IMG/VR virus record: IMGVR_UViG_3300033149_007571
Coordinates: 1 to 64,000 of that record
DNA from: a virus
Length of the DNA: 64,000 nt
Reading direction: 5' to 3' (one strand)
In this document: positions 25,721 through 35,513 of the stretch, piece by piece
How positions within the stretch are numbered: the stretch's first letter is position 1
Layout: each line of letters begins with the position of its first letter
Notes under the pieces: model-generated
What the model was told of the DNA's origin: nothing
What the model saw: only the letters and a program-made list of their open reading frames with translations
The model's database searches: none
Translations under genes and position numbers: made by a program

Positions 25721-26640
25721 TAGAACGAATTCGCTTATGTAATTTTCAGAAGCATGAGGACACGAGGATCACATTCGATCCTCATGTGACGACATTCGTT
25801 GGTCCTAACGATATTGGCAAGTCTTCTATATTGAGAGCAATCCGTTGGGTGATGACGAACAAGCCTTCGGGGGTCGCTTTTATTCGTGATGGGCAGAATC
25901 AATGCAAGGTATTGATGCGAGTTGATGGTAAATCAGTTGTTAGGGCAAAGGGAAGGAAGGGTAGCTACATCGCGACGAAAGGGATGGGTGGTACGTCTTC
26001 TGATAGGAGAACATACAAAGCATTCGGATCGGACCTACCGGAACCCATCATCCGTTTTTTCAATGTTGGTAATGTGAACTTTCAAAGGCAACATGAACAA
26101 CCATTCTGGTTTTGTCTAACGGCGGGTCAGGTAAGTCGGGAACTAAACGCGGTTGTGAATCTCGATGAGATTGACAGGTCGTTGGCGGAACTGTCGAGGC
26201 GAGTAAAGAAAGCAAGGAGCGAAGTGGGTTTTTGTGAGGAACGGGTGGTCGACATTGAAAAGGAGCGGGAAGCCCTGTTATGGGTACCCAAGATGAGTGA
26301 AGAATGGTTGGCTTTGTGCGCCTTGAAGAACAAAGCGAAGACCGTCGCTTCCAGAGTGAAGCAGATGCAGAAGATGTTGGAAGCCACCGAAAAACTGCGA
26401 AAAGAGGTTGATATTGAAGTGCCTGATATCTCCAAGTTGGAGCGGTTACGATCTGAATGTTTTGCATTGACCAGAAAGAAAGAGGATTGGGTGTCGATAT
26501 TAGAGAAAGTAGAGGAAGATCGGACAAGGGCAATCCAGTTGGCGAAGGAGTTGGACAGGATGGAAAACGATCTGGTGAATAAGATGGGTGGGGTGTGTCC
26601 ACTATGTGGTGGGCCAATGAAGAAAACCAATGCCTCATAA
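25717..26640 (+). CDS. SbcC/Rad50 N-terminal half (Walker A, coiled coil, zinc hook)
   Basis: NFQKH, GPNDIGKSS, Q-loop region, C-terminal CPLCG. Confidence 0.88.
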   Translation: MIERIRLCNFQKHEDTRITFDPHVTTFVGPNDIGKSSILRAIRWVMTNKPSGVAFIRDGQNQCKVLMRVDGKSVVRAKGRKGSYIATKGMGGTSSDRRTYKAFGSDLPEPIIRFFNVGNVNFQRQHEQPFWFCLTAGQVSRELNAVVNLDEIDRSLAELSRRVKKARSEVGFCEERVVDIEKEREALLWVPKMSEEWLALCALKNKAKTVASRVKQMQKMLEATEKLRKEVDIEVPDISKLERLRSECFALTRKKEDWVSILEKVEEDRTRAIQLAKELDRMENDLVNKMGGVCPLCGGPMKKTNAS

Positions 26641-27577
26641 GATTGCTGTATTGTGTGCAGATTTGCATTTGAGCGACAAACCCCCGATAGCACGAAGTGG
26701 GGAACCAGATTGGTATGAGGCAATGAGTCGTCCGTTGAGAGAATTGAGAGATATACAAAGTGATGTAGAGAAACAGCCAGTGATCTGTGGTGGGGATGTA
26801 TTTGATCGATGGAAGTCACCTCCAAAGCTCATCACATTTGCTATGCAGCAATTACCTGATAACTTTGAATCGGTAATGGGACAACATGACTTGCCATATC
26901 ATAGTTGGGGTGAGCGGACATCTTCTGCGTTTTGGACATTGGTTGAGGGCAATGCACTTGATTGTTTGGATGGGTGGAGGTCGGATGGGAAACTAGCACG
27001 TCGAGGGTTCCAATGGGGAGAGAAATTGGAGCCTTGCGAACGAGGATTAAAAGAAGATGAGTCTGTGTCTTTATCTGTTGCACACGCATTCTGTTGGTGG
27101 AAAGATCGAGGACCAGAATCTTTATCGTCGGTCGATTTCGGAGTGAATCATCGGATGAGACAACTGGAGAAGTTTGACGTAATGTTGTTCGGCGACAACC
27201 ACAGGGGGTTTCTGGTGGAGCTTGGGAAGAGCGCAAGAAGGCGTGGCAAGCGAACTGTGTTCAATGCCGGTACGTTCATGCGTCGGACTGTTGATGAAAA
27301 GGATTATGCGCCAATGGTTGGTGTACTGTTTGATGACGGGACGGTGAAGAGGCACTATCTAGATACCTCGTCCGATATCTTGGACGCGTCAGAACCGGTT
27401 GCCGAAGCGGAAGAAACTATGGTGAACTTCGCTCCATTTCTAGAGGAGTTGTCATCACTGAGTGATGGCCCTATTGACTTTCGGCAAGCAGTAGAGCATG
27501 CTCTTGCAGTGGAGCAAGTGAGCAAATCCGTTCGGCGGGTGATTTTGGAATCGATGGAGCAGGCTTGTGGAGATTGA
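26630..27577 (+). CDS. SbcD/Mre11-like nuclease
   Basis: ADLH, GGDVFD, GQHD, FGDNH, NAGT..R. Confidence 0.88.
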   Translation: MPHKIAVLCADLHLSDKPPIARSGEPDWYEAMSRPLRELRDIQSDVEKQPVICGGDVFDRWKSPPKLITFAMQQLPDNFESVMGQHDLPYHSWGERTSSAFWTLVEGNALDCLDGWRSDGKLARRGFQWGEKLEPCERGLKEDESVSLSVAHAFCWWKDRGPESLSSVDFGVNHRMRQLEKFDVMLFGDNHRGFLVELGKSARRRGKRTVFNAGTFMRRTVDEKDYAPMVGVLFDDGTVKRHYLDTSSDILDASEPVAEAEETMVNFAPFLEELSSLSDGPIDFRQAVEHALAVEQVSKSVRRVILESMEQACGD

Positions 27578-27821
27578 GCAATACACACGATTGAAAAAGA
27601 GTGTTGACGACCTTCGTCGACGTAGAGATAAAGCCGAAGGAGCATTTGAACAATCTCTCCAACGGCTAAAAGAAACGATTGGGGTCGAATCAGAGGACGA
27701 AGCCCGTCGGAAATTGGAGGAGTTGGTGGAGAAGGCTGGACGGATTGAAAGACAGTACAAACTGGCATTACGACGGTTTTTGGAGAAGTGGGGTGAGAAG
27801 TTGGGGATAGGCGTTGATTAG
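27567..27821 (+). CDS. Small coiled-coil protein of the SbcCD cluster
   Basis: Helical heptads; between SbcD and the SbcC C-terminal half. Confidence 0.7.
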   Translation: MEIEQYTRLKKSVDDLRRRRDKAEGAFEQSLQRLKETIGVESEDEARRKLEELVEKAGRIERQYKLALRRFLEKWGEKLGIGVD

Positions 27822-27830
27822 AGGGAAGCA

Positions 27831-28400
27831 ATGGATTTGGAACGATTAGAGCAAGAAGTTATGCGGATGAGGACCGAATACGAGAGAGTATTAAAAAGTC
27901 AGGCTATTGAGGAAGAGAGGTTAGTGAAGGCTAGACAGAATAGGGCAGATGCGGAGCAGGCACAGAAAATTGTTCAGGAAGTCGCCTCTGCCGTTCAGCG
28001 ATCCGCTCATCAAAAAGTAGCTAGTGTCGTCACGAGGTGTCTACAAGCTGTGTTTGACGATCCATACGAGTTTGAGATCAATTTTGAAAGAAAAAGAGGT
28101 AAGACAGAAGCCACGATGCTTCTTGCCCGTCGCGGAATGAAAATCCGTCCGATGGAAGCTGTTGGTGGAAGTGTGATTGACATTGCTGCATTTGCTCTGC
28201 GGTTGGCAAATCTCGTTCTAGCGAAGCCTCCTAAGCGTCGGGTACTGATCCTTGATGAGCCGTTTCGATTTGTCAGTCCGAAGTTGCGTCCAAGAGTGAG
28301 AAAGTTGTTGGAGACACTAGCGGAGGAGATGGGCATCCAGTTCATTCTTGTTACTCATGATTCCGCTCTAGCAGCGGGAAAGGTGATAGAACTAAAATGA
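27831..28400 (+). CDS. SbcC/Rad50 C-terminal half (signature, Walker B, H-loop)
   Basis: VGGS..D, LILDEPF, ILVTH. Confidence 0.88.
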   Translation: MDLERLEQEVMRMRTEYERVLKSQAIEEERLVKARQNRADAEQAQKIVQEVASAVQRSAHQKVASVVTRCLQAVFDDPYEFEINFERKRGKTEATMLLARRGMKIRPMEAVGGSVIDIAAFALRLANLVLAKPPKRRVLILDEPFRFVSPKLRPRVRKLLETLAEEMGIQFILVTHDSALAAGKVIELK

Positions 28401-28756
28401 CAGTTCCAAGAGATGTAAGAAAGAAGATCGCAGCGAGCTATAGGAAAGGCGAGAAAATCGCATTGATTGCCAAGAGATTCGGTGTTTCAGATTGCACGGT
28501 GAGTGCGATTGCAAAGGAAGCCGGATGTCCTCCAAGATATGGTTATGTCTCATTTGATAAAGTGCCTGATCCAACGCCAGAAGAGATCGAAAAGAGAGCG
28601 GCCGAAATCAGAGCTACGTGGTCGGACGAAACGTATTATCAGAGGGCAGCGGTAAACATGGGAGTTGTGCCGTACAAGCTGCCTGTGTTTTCTAGAATTG
28701 AAGTGTTTTCTAGAGTTGAAAGGCGTTGCGGAGTGAGGTTTGTGCGGAAGGAGTAA
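28397..28756 (+). CDS. HTH protein
   Basis: IAKRFGVSDCTVSAIA; DPTPEEIEKRAAEIRATWS segment. Confidence 0.75.
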   Translation: MTVPRDVRKKIAASYRKGEKIALIAKRFGVSDCTVSAIAKEAGCPPRYGYVSFDKVPDPTPEEIEKRAAEIRATWSDETYYQRAAVNMGVVPYKLPVFSRIEVFSRVERRCGVRFVRKE

Positions 28757-28891
28757 TTGGAGAGGAAGAAGAGACGCGATGTTGACCTAACCTTCGTTAA
28801 GCCAAGACGTTAGGAGAAGTAGAGGAGGGTTGAACACCCTAACAAAGATGGAGAGCTTTTCTCCGAGACAGGGAAGAGACTTGGAAAACAG

Positions 28892-29647
28892 GTGCGAAAA
28901 AACAAGATGACTAATCATATCCGAATTCGGAAACATAACACAGACCGCCAACAAAGACTAGCTAAGTTGAGAAAGGATTGGTTGGACGGCGGGTGGAATA
29001 GTCAGCATGAGTTGGCAGTACGGTACGGAGTATCGGATTGTCAAATTTGTAGAGACTTGAAGATCATACGAGAGGTTTGCAGGGCCGAGTTTGAGGAGGA
29101 GAGCAAAACCGATTTTGATAGAAGGATTAAGCAATTGGAATCGGTAGCGGGAAGGGCAGCTCAGGGATATGAGAGAAGCAGAAAAGACCATGAAGAAGTT
29201 ACCGTTCGGTACGAAAAAAAGCCTTGTACGGAGTGTGCTAACGATAAGGACAAAAAGTCGACTTGTAGGAAGTGTGAAGGGCGAGGCTTCACATACGAAG
29301 AGCATATCACCAAGAGGGTGGTTGGCCAGGCGGGGGATCCGAGGTTCCTGAGCATAATCACAAAGTGCATTACCGAGATTTGCCGTTTGCGGGGCCACTA
29401 TCCTGACAAGCGCCAGGGATTAGGGAGCAAACTACAATACAAGGATGAGCCTGTACTGACATCATTTGCCAATGCCGATCCCGAGCTAATTGTGCGACAT
29501 CGGTTGTTGTTATTCGAGATTGAACAATCGAAGAATGGACATCGATCTCCTGATGTACTAGAAGCCGAGTTTGAACGGGAAGAGCAAGGAGATAGTAAAG
29601 AGAATGAGTCGCAGGGGAGCGGAGTGAATAAGAAGCAAACCGAGTAA
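28892..29647 (+). CDS. Putative terminase small subunit (HTH plus CxxC..CxxCxGxG insert)
   Basis: QHELAVRYGVSDCQICRDL, GDPRFL; upstream of the large terminase. Confidence 0.65.
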   Translation: MRKNKMTNHIRIRKHNTDRQQRLAKLRKDWLDGGWNSQHELAVRYGVSDCQICRDLKIIREVCRAEFEEESKTDFDRRIKQLESVAGRAAQGYERSRKDHEEVTVRYEKKPCTECANDKDKKSTCRKCEGRGFTYEEHITKRVVGQAGDPRFLSIITKCITEICRLRGHYPDKRQGLGSKLQYKDEPVLTSFANADPELIVRHRLLLFEIEQSKNGHRSPDVLEAEFEREEQGDSKENESQGSGVNKKQTE

Positions 29648-29678
29648 AGGGTAGACTTGGTATACCTGGAGGTGATGT

Positions 29679-29903
29679 ATGGCGACCAATTGCAACCGGA
29701 GTCTCGGACGGCGCGGTGTCGATTGGGTGTATGTAAAGAGGGAACCTCTGCAGGCAGGAGACGAATGGTTATTCCGGTCGGGGGCCGGTGCGGAGATTTG
29801 GTATCCAATCGATGAGCGTTTTATTGGTTTTGCTAGTTCAGACATCTATCCTGGTTGTCGGATACGGAGAAGGAAAAGTAAGGATCAGACAGGAAAAGAT
29901 TAA
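29679..29903 (+). CDS. Hypothetical protein
   Basis: RBS GGAGG; 74 aa. Confidence 0.55.
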   Translation: MATNCNRSLGRRGVDWVYVKREPLQAGDEWLFRSGAGAEIWYPIDERFIGFASSDIYPGCRIRRRKSKDQTGKD

Positions 29904-29957
29904 CTACACACGCAAGACAATAACAAGCAAGGAGAGCCAGTGTAAAATGGTCTAGCA

Positions 29958-31568
29958 ATGGTTTTGGGTGAAGACCTTCCTGCTTTCCCATATGAGGAAG
30001 CAGCGAAGGATGACTTCTTAACTTTCGCTCGATGCGTTGTTATCCCATCTGCTTCGGGAGAGCAGGTGATGGAAGCAGCGATGCTCTCGTATGAGCGAAA
30101 GGGTATCGAACCCTTCCAACGTCGGTTTTTTCAAGACGTGGCCCCATCTCTTCAGGCTATCCGAATCGGAGCTATGCCCCCTTGCCGCCGATTCTGGATG
30201 GAAAGAACAAAGAAGGCTAGCAAGGACAACGATCTGGCTATTTGTGTCCTTTGGCTGATGGCCTACCCGCGAAGACCTCTCTTTTGTCAGATCGTTGCTG
30301 CTGATCGGGAACAGGCGGGAATTCTCAAACGGCGTGCCGAAGATATTTTGTTCTACAATGAATGGTTGCGTCCATTTGTGCAGATTCGTCGGAATCGGAT
30401 TATTAGTGAGAATGGTCTGGCCCAAACGGTTATCGAAGCATCAGACAAAGCATCGGCTCATGGTGAGACACCGGCTCTGTTAATACTCAATGAACTTGTC
30501 CATGTTGCCAAGTGGGATGTGATGCAGGTTCACTATAACAACGCGTCTGGTGTGCCTCGTGGTGTTGTAATCATTTCGACGAATGCAGGATACAAAGGAA
30601 CGAAGGCTGAGGTTTGGAAGAAAAATGCAGAGACGAAAAAAGAGCGTTGGCATATTCACGTTTGGGATAAGAAGGCGCCTTGGTTGAGCGACGAGGACGT
30701 AGCTGACGCACAGGCAATGAACACGAAGTCGGAGTACGTGCGCCTTTTCAAGGGAAGATGGGTAAGCGGGAAAGGAGATGCGGTTGACGAAGATTCTATC
30801 GAACGTATCTTCCGACCGGAACTGGAGCCTTTAGTTGGGCCGGAGAAGGGTTGGGTTTACATAGGCGGTTTGGACTTAGGTGTCAGTCATGATCATGCTG
30901 GATTGGTCATTCTTGGTGTCAATCGAGATGAGAAACGATTGCGTGTGGCGATGCTGAGAGACTGGAAACCGTCGATTCCTAATGACAAAGGCGTTTTGGA
31001 GGTAGACATTGCAAGGGTGAAGGAGGCGACAGTCCAAGCGTCAAAAGCGTTTTCGGTGCTTTGGTTTGGGTATGATCCGGCAGCAGGAGGGAGCTTTTTT
31101 GCTCAGGAGTTGAGACAATCAGGTGTTTTAATGAAGGAGGTGAGGTTTACTGGAGTTTCATTGAATGATATGGCGACGGCATTCATGCAGGTGATAGAAT
31201 CGGGTCGTTTGCAATGTTTCGAGAGTGAAGAGTTGCGGCGTGATTTGGGGAAATTTCATATCGTAGCTCGTGTGCCGCAAGGATATCAGCTTAAGGCAAT
31301 GACTGATGAGTATGGACATGCTGACGTGGGGACGGCTTTGGTGATTTGTTTACCAATGGCAATGAAATTGCTTGGGGGTTCGTTGCTTATGGTGCCTGAT
31401 TTGATTGCCGACGATGGCAAAGAACTGACCAAAGAGGAGGAAGAATCGATGGACCCGTTGCTGAGGGATATTGTTGATGATATTGATAAGCTGAAGGAAG
31501 ACAGTTTATTTCGAGGGCGCCTGACGGAGGGGTCTTGCAGTTGGGAAAGACCCCCTATGGTTTTTTGA
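29958..31568 (+). CDS. terL: Terminase large subunit
   Basis: Q motif (PFQ), degenerate Walker A RTKKASKD, AADREQA, Walker B LILNE, ISTNAG, nuclease GGLDLG..HD, GHAD. Confidence 0.88.
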   Translation: MVLGEDLPAFPYEEAAKDDFLTFARCVVIPSASGEQVMEAAMLSYERKGIEPFQRRFFQDVAPSLQAIRIGAMPPCRRFWMERTKKASKDNDLAICVLWLMAYPRRPLFCQIVAADREQAGILKRRAEDILFYNEWLRPFVQIRRNRIISENGLAQTVIEASDKASAHGETPALLILNELVHVAKWDVMQVHYNNASGVPRGVVIISTNAGYKGTKAEVWKKNAETKKERWHIHVWDKKAPWLSDEDVADAQAMNTKSEYVRLFKGRWVSGKGDAVDEDSIERIFRPELEPLVGPEKGWVYIGGLDLGVSHDHAGLVILGVNRDEKRLRVAMLRDWKPSIPNDKGVLEVDIARVKEATVQASKAFSVLWFGYDPAAGGSFFAQELRQSGVLMKEVRFTGVSLNDMATAFMQVIESGRLQCFESEELRRDLGKFHIVARVPQGYQLKAMTDEYGHADVGTALVICLPMAMKLLGGSLLMVPDLIADDGKELTKEEEESMDPLLRDIVDDIDKLKEDSLFRGRLTEGSCSWERPPMVF

Positions 31569-31577
31569 AATTTGACT

Positions 31578-31605
31578 TGGAGTATTTTTCGACACCCCTT
31601 ATAAT
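31578..31605 (+). promoter_or_regulatory. Probable promoter
   Basis: Perfect TATAAT (31600-31605) in context CCCTTATAAT, shared with the 54820-54829 promoter; TTGGAG 16 bp upstream. Confidence 0.5.
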
Positions 31606-31619
31606 AGGAGGGTGTAAGG

Positions 31620-32036
31620 ATGGGTAGGATGCGGAAGACTCCGACCGAGCAAATGATAGATGCCGTTTGTGCAATCCACGAAGATGAATGTCCAACCCTG
31701 CCTGCAACATTTCTGCGAGGTCTTCGTGGAGCGTTAGATGCTGGTCTCAGTGCTGAGCAGATTACGGCGTTGCTTGTGTTGTTTACTGGTATCTATGAGG
31801 CGTCTAAGAAAGTTCCACAGGATGAGTTAATACATCGAGCGTGTCTTCTGGCCAATGTTATGAAAGGAGACATTGTCGATCTATCTGAGCAACGAAGCCA
31901 AGCAGAGGCGAATCGAGAGTACCGACGGCAACGCGAGGAACAGATTCGTCAGGAGAAAATTGCGAGGCTGAGAGCAAAGATCGAGGCAGAAGAAAATGGG
32001 TTAGAGGATTGGGAAAACGGCGGTTCGGAAGACTAA
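31620..32036 (+). CDS. Hypothetical protein
   Basis: RBS AGGAGG; 138 aa. Confidence 0.65.
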   Translation: MGRMRKTPTEQMIDAVCAIHEDECPTLPATFLRGLRGALDAGLSAEQITALLVLFTGIYEASKKVPQDELIHRACLLANVMKGDIVDLSEQRSQAEANREYRRQREEQIRQEKIARLRAKIEAEENGLEDWENGGSED

Positions 32037-32084
32037 AAGGCCAAGGTTCACATCTCACCACTTTAAGTGCAAGAGGAGAAAGAT

Positions 32085-32465
32085 ATGGAAAAGCTGAAAG
32101 CGTTAGAACTGACCAAGTTGAGCGGGGTGTTGTACGATCAGATCAAAGAGGCTGTTGACAAGGTCCGCCTCAAAATTGCCGAGGCTTATGCGGACGGCAC
32201 GATCACTTTTGCGGAGGTCTTCAATGTCGTCGGTATGATCGTCGGTGAACTGATTGGTGTGTTTCAGACGTTCCAAGGTATGAGCAATGCCGAGAAGAAG
32301 GAGGCAATCGTCGAGCTTGTCGACGAGGTATACAAGAAGGACGTTGCTCCCCTCGACATTACGTTCGTTCCCGATAGTATCGAGGAGATGTACATCGATC
32401 CGCTCATCGGACAGCTAGTACACACCGCTGCTGTTGCTTTGGTTGACTTCTTGTCCCCTAAATAA
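32085..32465 (+). CDS. Hypothetical helical protein
   Basis: RBS GAGGAG; amphipathic helices. Confidence 0.7.
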   Translation: MEKLKALELTKLSGVLYDQIKEAVDKVRLKIAEAYADGTITFAEVFNVVGMIVGELIGVFQTFQGMSNAEKKEAIVELVDEVYKKDVAPLDITFVPDSIEEMYIDPLIGQLVHTAAVALVDFLSPK

Positions 32466-32565
32466 GAGGAAAGTTATGCGGAAGGAGACAGATTGGGTTA
32501 TGATTTCAGTGGGTCTCCCTTTGCCTGCTGAGATCTTTCATAAAGCGAATTGGAGAGTAACGTCA

Positions 32566-32859
32566 ATGAACCAGCGACAAAAACGAAAAGTGGCTCGGAG
32601 GGTATTCAATGAAGCGGCAAAGGATTTTGAGTTGACGCGTCGGGAGTTTGTCAAGCTGTTGAAGGAGAAGGACGACGATGCTTGGGCAGCGGTTGCTCTG
32701 GTTGGCAGTGGAGAGATATCACCAGAGTTTCCCTGGAATGAGCTGATCAACATGATTTGGGCGATTGTGGAGTTTCTGGTGGTATGGCTCTTAGGTGATG
32801 ACGGCGTCAAATGCCGAGAGATACCAAACGAGCAAAACCAAGAGGAGGAAAGAGAATGA
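32566..32859 (+). CDS. Hypothetical protein with C-terminal hydrophobic helix
   Basis: FPWNELINMIWAIVEFLVVWLL; start chosen after GGAG. Confidence 0.55.
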   Translation: MNQRQKRKVARRVFNEAAKDFELTRREFVKLLKEKDDDAWAAVALVGSGEISPEFPWNELINMIWAIVEFLVVWLLGDDGVKCREIPNEQNQEEERE

Positions 32860-33014
32860 GCAAGTTAGGAAACGATATTGTTGATTTCTGGGAGTGGCTC
32901 AAGCAACAGCCCCCGTGGCTAATTATGGGAGCCATCTTTCTGATCATCGTCCTCGGATCACAGATTGGTGGTTGCTGTCACTATCGAGACCCATTGTGGT
33001 GGTTGCCTGGGTGA
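32856..33014 (+). CDS. Small membrane protein
   Basis: RBS GAGGAGG; one transmembrane helix. Confidence 0.55.
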   Translation: MSKLGNDIVDFWEWLKQQPPWLIMGAIFLIIVLGSQIGGCCHYRDPLWWLPG

Positions 33015-33024
33015 GGAGAGGACG

Positions 33025-33171
33025 GTGTATTCTCTCATTGTGCTGTCAGTATTGTTCGTCGTATGGTTGGTAGCATCAATTACTTTGGGAGTAATGTTGT
33101 GGGCCTGCCAACCTGATCAAGGCGATGATCTCTCACTACCGAAGGTGAGAGATCATCGCTTGCTTTTGTGA
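33025..33171 (+). CDS. Small membrane protein
   Basis: GTG start after GAGGAG; long hydrophobic helix. Confidence 0.5.
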   Translation: MYSLIVLSVLFVVWLVASITLGVMLWACQPDQGDDLSLPKVRDHRLLL

Positions 33172-33214
33172 CCTTTCCTGTTGTGGGTCAAGCTGTTGCA
33201 AAGGGAGATAAAGG

Positions 33215-33913
33215 ATGTTTTTGTTAAAGGCAATGCTTGTCGTACCCTTTATTCTCGCTCAGTCTCCTGAGTTGAAGATAGTGCCTCACCCAGGCAGCGA
33301 GAATCCCGTTCACCCATATCAGAACGTGAGGCTTGAAATCATTGGAGCCTCCTTGGATGATTTGCGGGTCAATAGTGCGGTGCTGAGTCCTCCTAGACGT
33401 GGGGTGTCTATCAATGAGGTCGCGACTTGGGAAGGTGAACCGTATTTGCTGTTCGAAGCTCAGACCAATGGTAGTTATTGGTTGGCGTTGGTGACGATTA
33501 TTAACGATAAGCTGTGTGTAGCCGACTATACGGTAGAGGTTGGTGAGGGACCGGAACCTGAACCCGACCCCGACCCCGAGCCGGAACCCGACCCCGATCC
33601 TACTCCGCCGAAACCTGTGAGCTTCAGTGTGGTAGTAGGGGAGACCGCGATATGGACGAACCGTCACGCAGCAATTCTCACGTCGCAAGTGCTGCGGCAG
33701 ATGTTCGACGAAACACGGTTTCGCGTTTTCGACAAGGATATTGAAACAACGCCGGAAGGACGGGCGTGGATAGGTAGAGTGCCGAAAGATGCTACTCTTC
33801 CATATTGGTTCCTTGCCGATGTCGAAGGGAGAATTCTGTATGAAGGGCCATTGGCTTCGTCGGTGTCTGAAGCAGTGTCAATAGTGAAGAAGTATCAGAG
33901 AACCAGGGAGTAG
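33215..33913 (+). CDS. Exported protein with PEPD linker and thioredoxin-like C-domain
   Basis: Signal-like N-terminus, (PE/PD)n linker, LPYWFL..G..LYEGPL. Confidence 0.7.
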   Translation: MFLLKAMLVVPFILAQSPELKIVPHPGSENPVHPYQNVRLEIIGASLDDLRVNSAVLSPPRRGVSINEVATWEGEPYLLFEAQTNGSYWLALVTIINDKLCVADYTVEVGEGPEPEPDPDPEPEPDPDPTPPKPVSFSVVVGETAIWTNRHAAILTSQVLRQMFDETRFRVFDKDIETTPEGRAWIGRVPKDATLPYWFLADVEGRILYEGPLASSVSEAVSIVKKYQRTRE

Positions 33914-33918
33914 AGCAA

Positions 33919-34665
33919 ATGGGAAATTGGGATATACCCCCTGACTTCAAACCAGGGTGTTTGCCGCGAGAGAGCGAATATGGCAAGCTCGCAGGTTGCC
34001 CTCCATTTAGCGAGGCAATCAAAGTAATTCCCAGGCGAGATTGGCCGGATCTATTGTCTGATCATGATGGCTTGCGCCAATTTGTGCCTGAGCCGCACGG
34101 TATCTACGATCAAGACGGTGTGGGTTCTTGCGCTGCAGAATCATCCAACCAAGCTGTTTCAATTGTTCGTGTGTTTAGTGGTCAGTCATGGGTCGAATTC
34201 AACCCTTGGTTTACGTACCATACGACTTCCGGAGGAGTGGATCGGGGTTCCACGATCGATGGCAATCTTGCTTTTTTGAGAAGCAAAGGTGCGTGCCCTG
34301 AATCTGTCTGGCCAAGGTCGAAAGGTTGGAGGCAACAGCCAAGCGACGAGGCTTATGAAGCAGCTCAAAACTTTCGTATTCTGGAGTTCTTCGACCTCAA
34401 CACCATTGAAGAAGCTGGGACTGCTCTTTTGCTGGGCTTTCCGGTTGTCTATGGTTCAGACGGACACGCCAAATGCTATGTGAAGATGTTGAGCCCCGAC
34501 GTTGGTTTGTATGTTAACAGTTGGTCACCGAATTGGGGAGACGGTGGGTTTGGTATGGAACCGTTTCATAATGTTAATTGGGGATATGGGGCGTTTGCCA
34601 TACGGAGCGTTGTTGACATCGAGCCTATACAACCGCCAGAGAGACTGGAAGCAGCTTTGTGTTGA
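33919..34665 (+). CDS. Papain-like (C1) cysteine peptidase
   Basis: DQDGVGSCAA (Gln/Cys), GHA (His), NSWSPNWGDGG (Asn). Confidence 0.9.
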   Translation: MGNWDIPPDFKPGCLPRESEYGKLAGCPPFSEAIKVIPRRDWPDLLSDHDGLRQFVPEPHGIYDQDGVGSCAAESSNQAVSIVRVFSGQSWVEFNPWFTYHTTSGGVDRGSTIDGNLAFLRSKGACPESVWPRSKGWRQQPSDEAYEAAQNFRILEFFDLNTIEEAGTALLLGFPVVYGSDGHAKCYVKMLSPDVGLYVNSWSPNWGDGGFGMEPFHNVNWGYGAFAIRSVVDIEPIQPPERLEAALC

Positions 34666-34686
34666 GAAAACGGAAGAGGTGAAAAT

Positions 34687-35280
34687 ATGGATGTATTGTT
34701 GTCTATTGCAATGTTAGGGGTGTTCAGTCAATGCGGGAATTCATCGTGTGCTATGTGCTATGGTAGTTATTGGCTTCATTCGACCCCGGCCGAGCGATCC
34801 TATTACTACCACGTCCCTTCTGCATTGGTTACAGATGATGCCACAACTCACTACCAAGCATCCGATAAGCACCCCTGGTCGTTTGCGAAGGCTGAGGCAA
34901 AAAGGAAGAAGGAGAACTGTCCGCTGTTGATTATGGTATCGGCAGCGTGGTGTAAGGAGTGCCAAAGAGTGAAGAGGGAGATCTTACCAAAAGCTCAAGC
35001 TAATGGTACGTTCGACGATGTGGCATTTGCTGTGATTGATTATGATTTGGAAGGTCGTTTGAGAAGGCAGGTCATGAAGGGGCAGGAGGACAAAGCATTG
35101 CCTAGATGGGTGAGATACGAGTATTTCCAAGGAAGGCTGTTTAGGTGGTCGACTACGTTTGCACCGAAGACTTTAGAAGGACTCGACAGGTTCGTGAACC
35201 GATCAATTGAGCCGGAGGTTCAAATACGGATGATGATCCAAATTGACAAGGAGAAGAGTATTCCAAAACCGAAAGGGTGA
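34687..35280 (+). CDS. Exported thioredoxin-fold protein
   Basis: Signal-like N-terminus with CGNSSCAMC; SAAWCKECQ redox motif. Confidence 0.78.
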   Translation: MDVLLSIAMLGVFSQCGNSSCAMCYGSYWLHSTPAERSYYYHVPSALVTDDATTHYQASDKHPWSFAKAEAKRKKENCPLLIMVSAAWCKECQRVKREILPKAQANGTFDDVAFAVIDYDLEGRLRRQVMKGQEDKALPRWVRYEYFQGRLFRWSTTFAPKTLEGLDRFVNRSIEPEVQIRMMIQIDKEKSIPKPKG

Positions 35281-35284
35281 GAAA

Positions 35285-35470
35285 ATGAACGTAAGTAATG
35301 TGACTAAAGCAGTGGCAGATGCAACTGCTCCAATCAAGGAAGCTATTGCCAAGTCTGTCCAAGAGACCGAAGGTGATGTAAAGGTAATCGTTCCCGTGGT
35401 TGTTGTGATTGTTGGGAATCGTATTATCGTTGATCGGGAATGGGATTGGGAGAAGGAGTCTGAAACATAG
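35285..35470 (+). CDS. Hypothetical protein
   Basis: Short ORF in operon. Confidence 0.45.
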   Translation: MNVSNVTKAVADATAPIKEAIAKSVQETEGDVKVIVPVVVVIVGNRIIVDREWDWEKESET

Positions 35471-35513
35471 CAGATCACTGTCCGGGGGGAGGTTACTTCG
35501 GGAGAGATGATCG

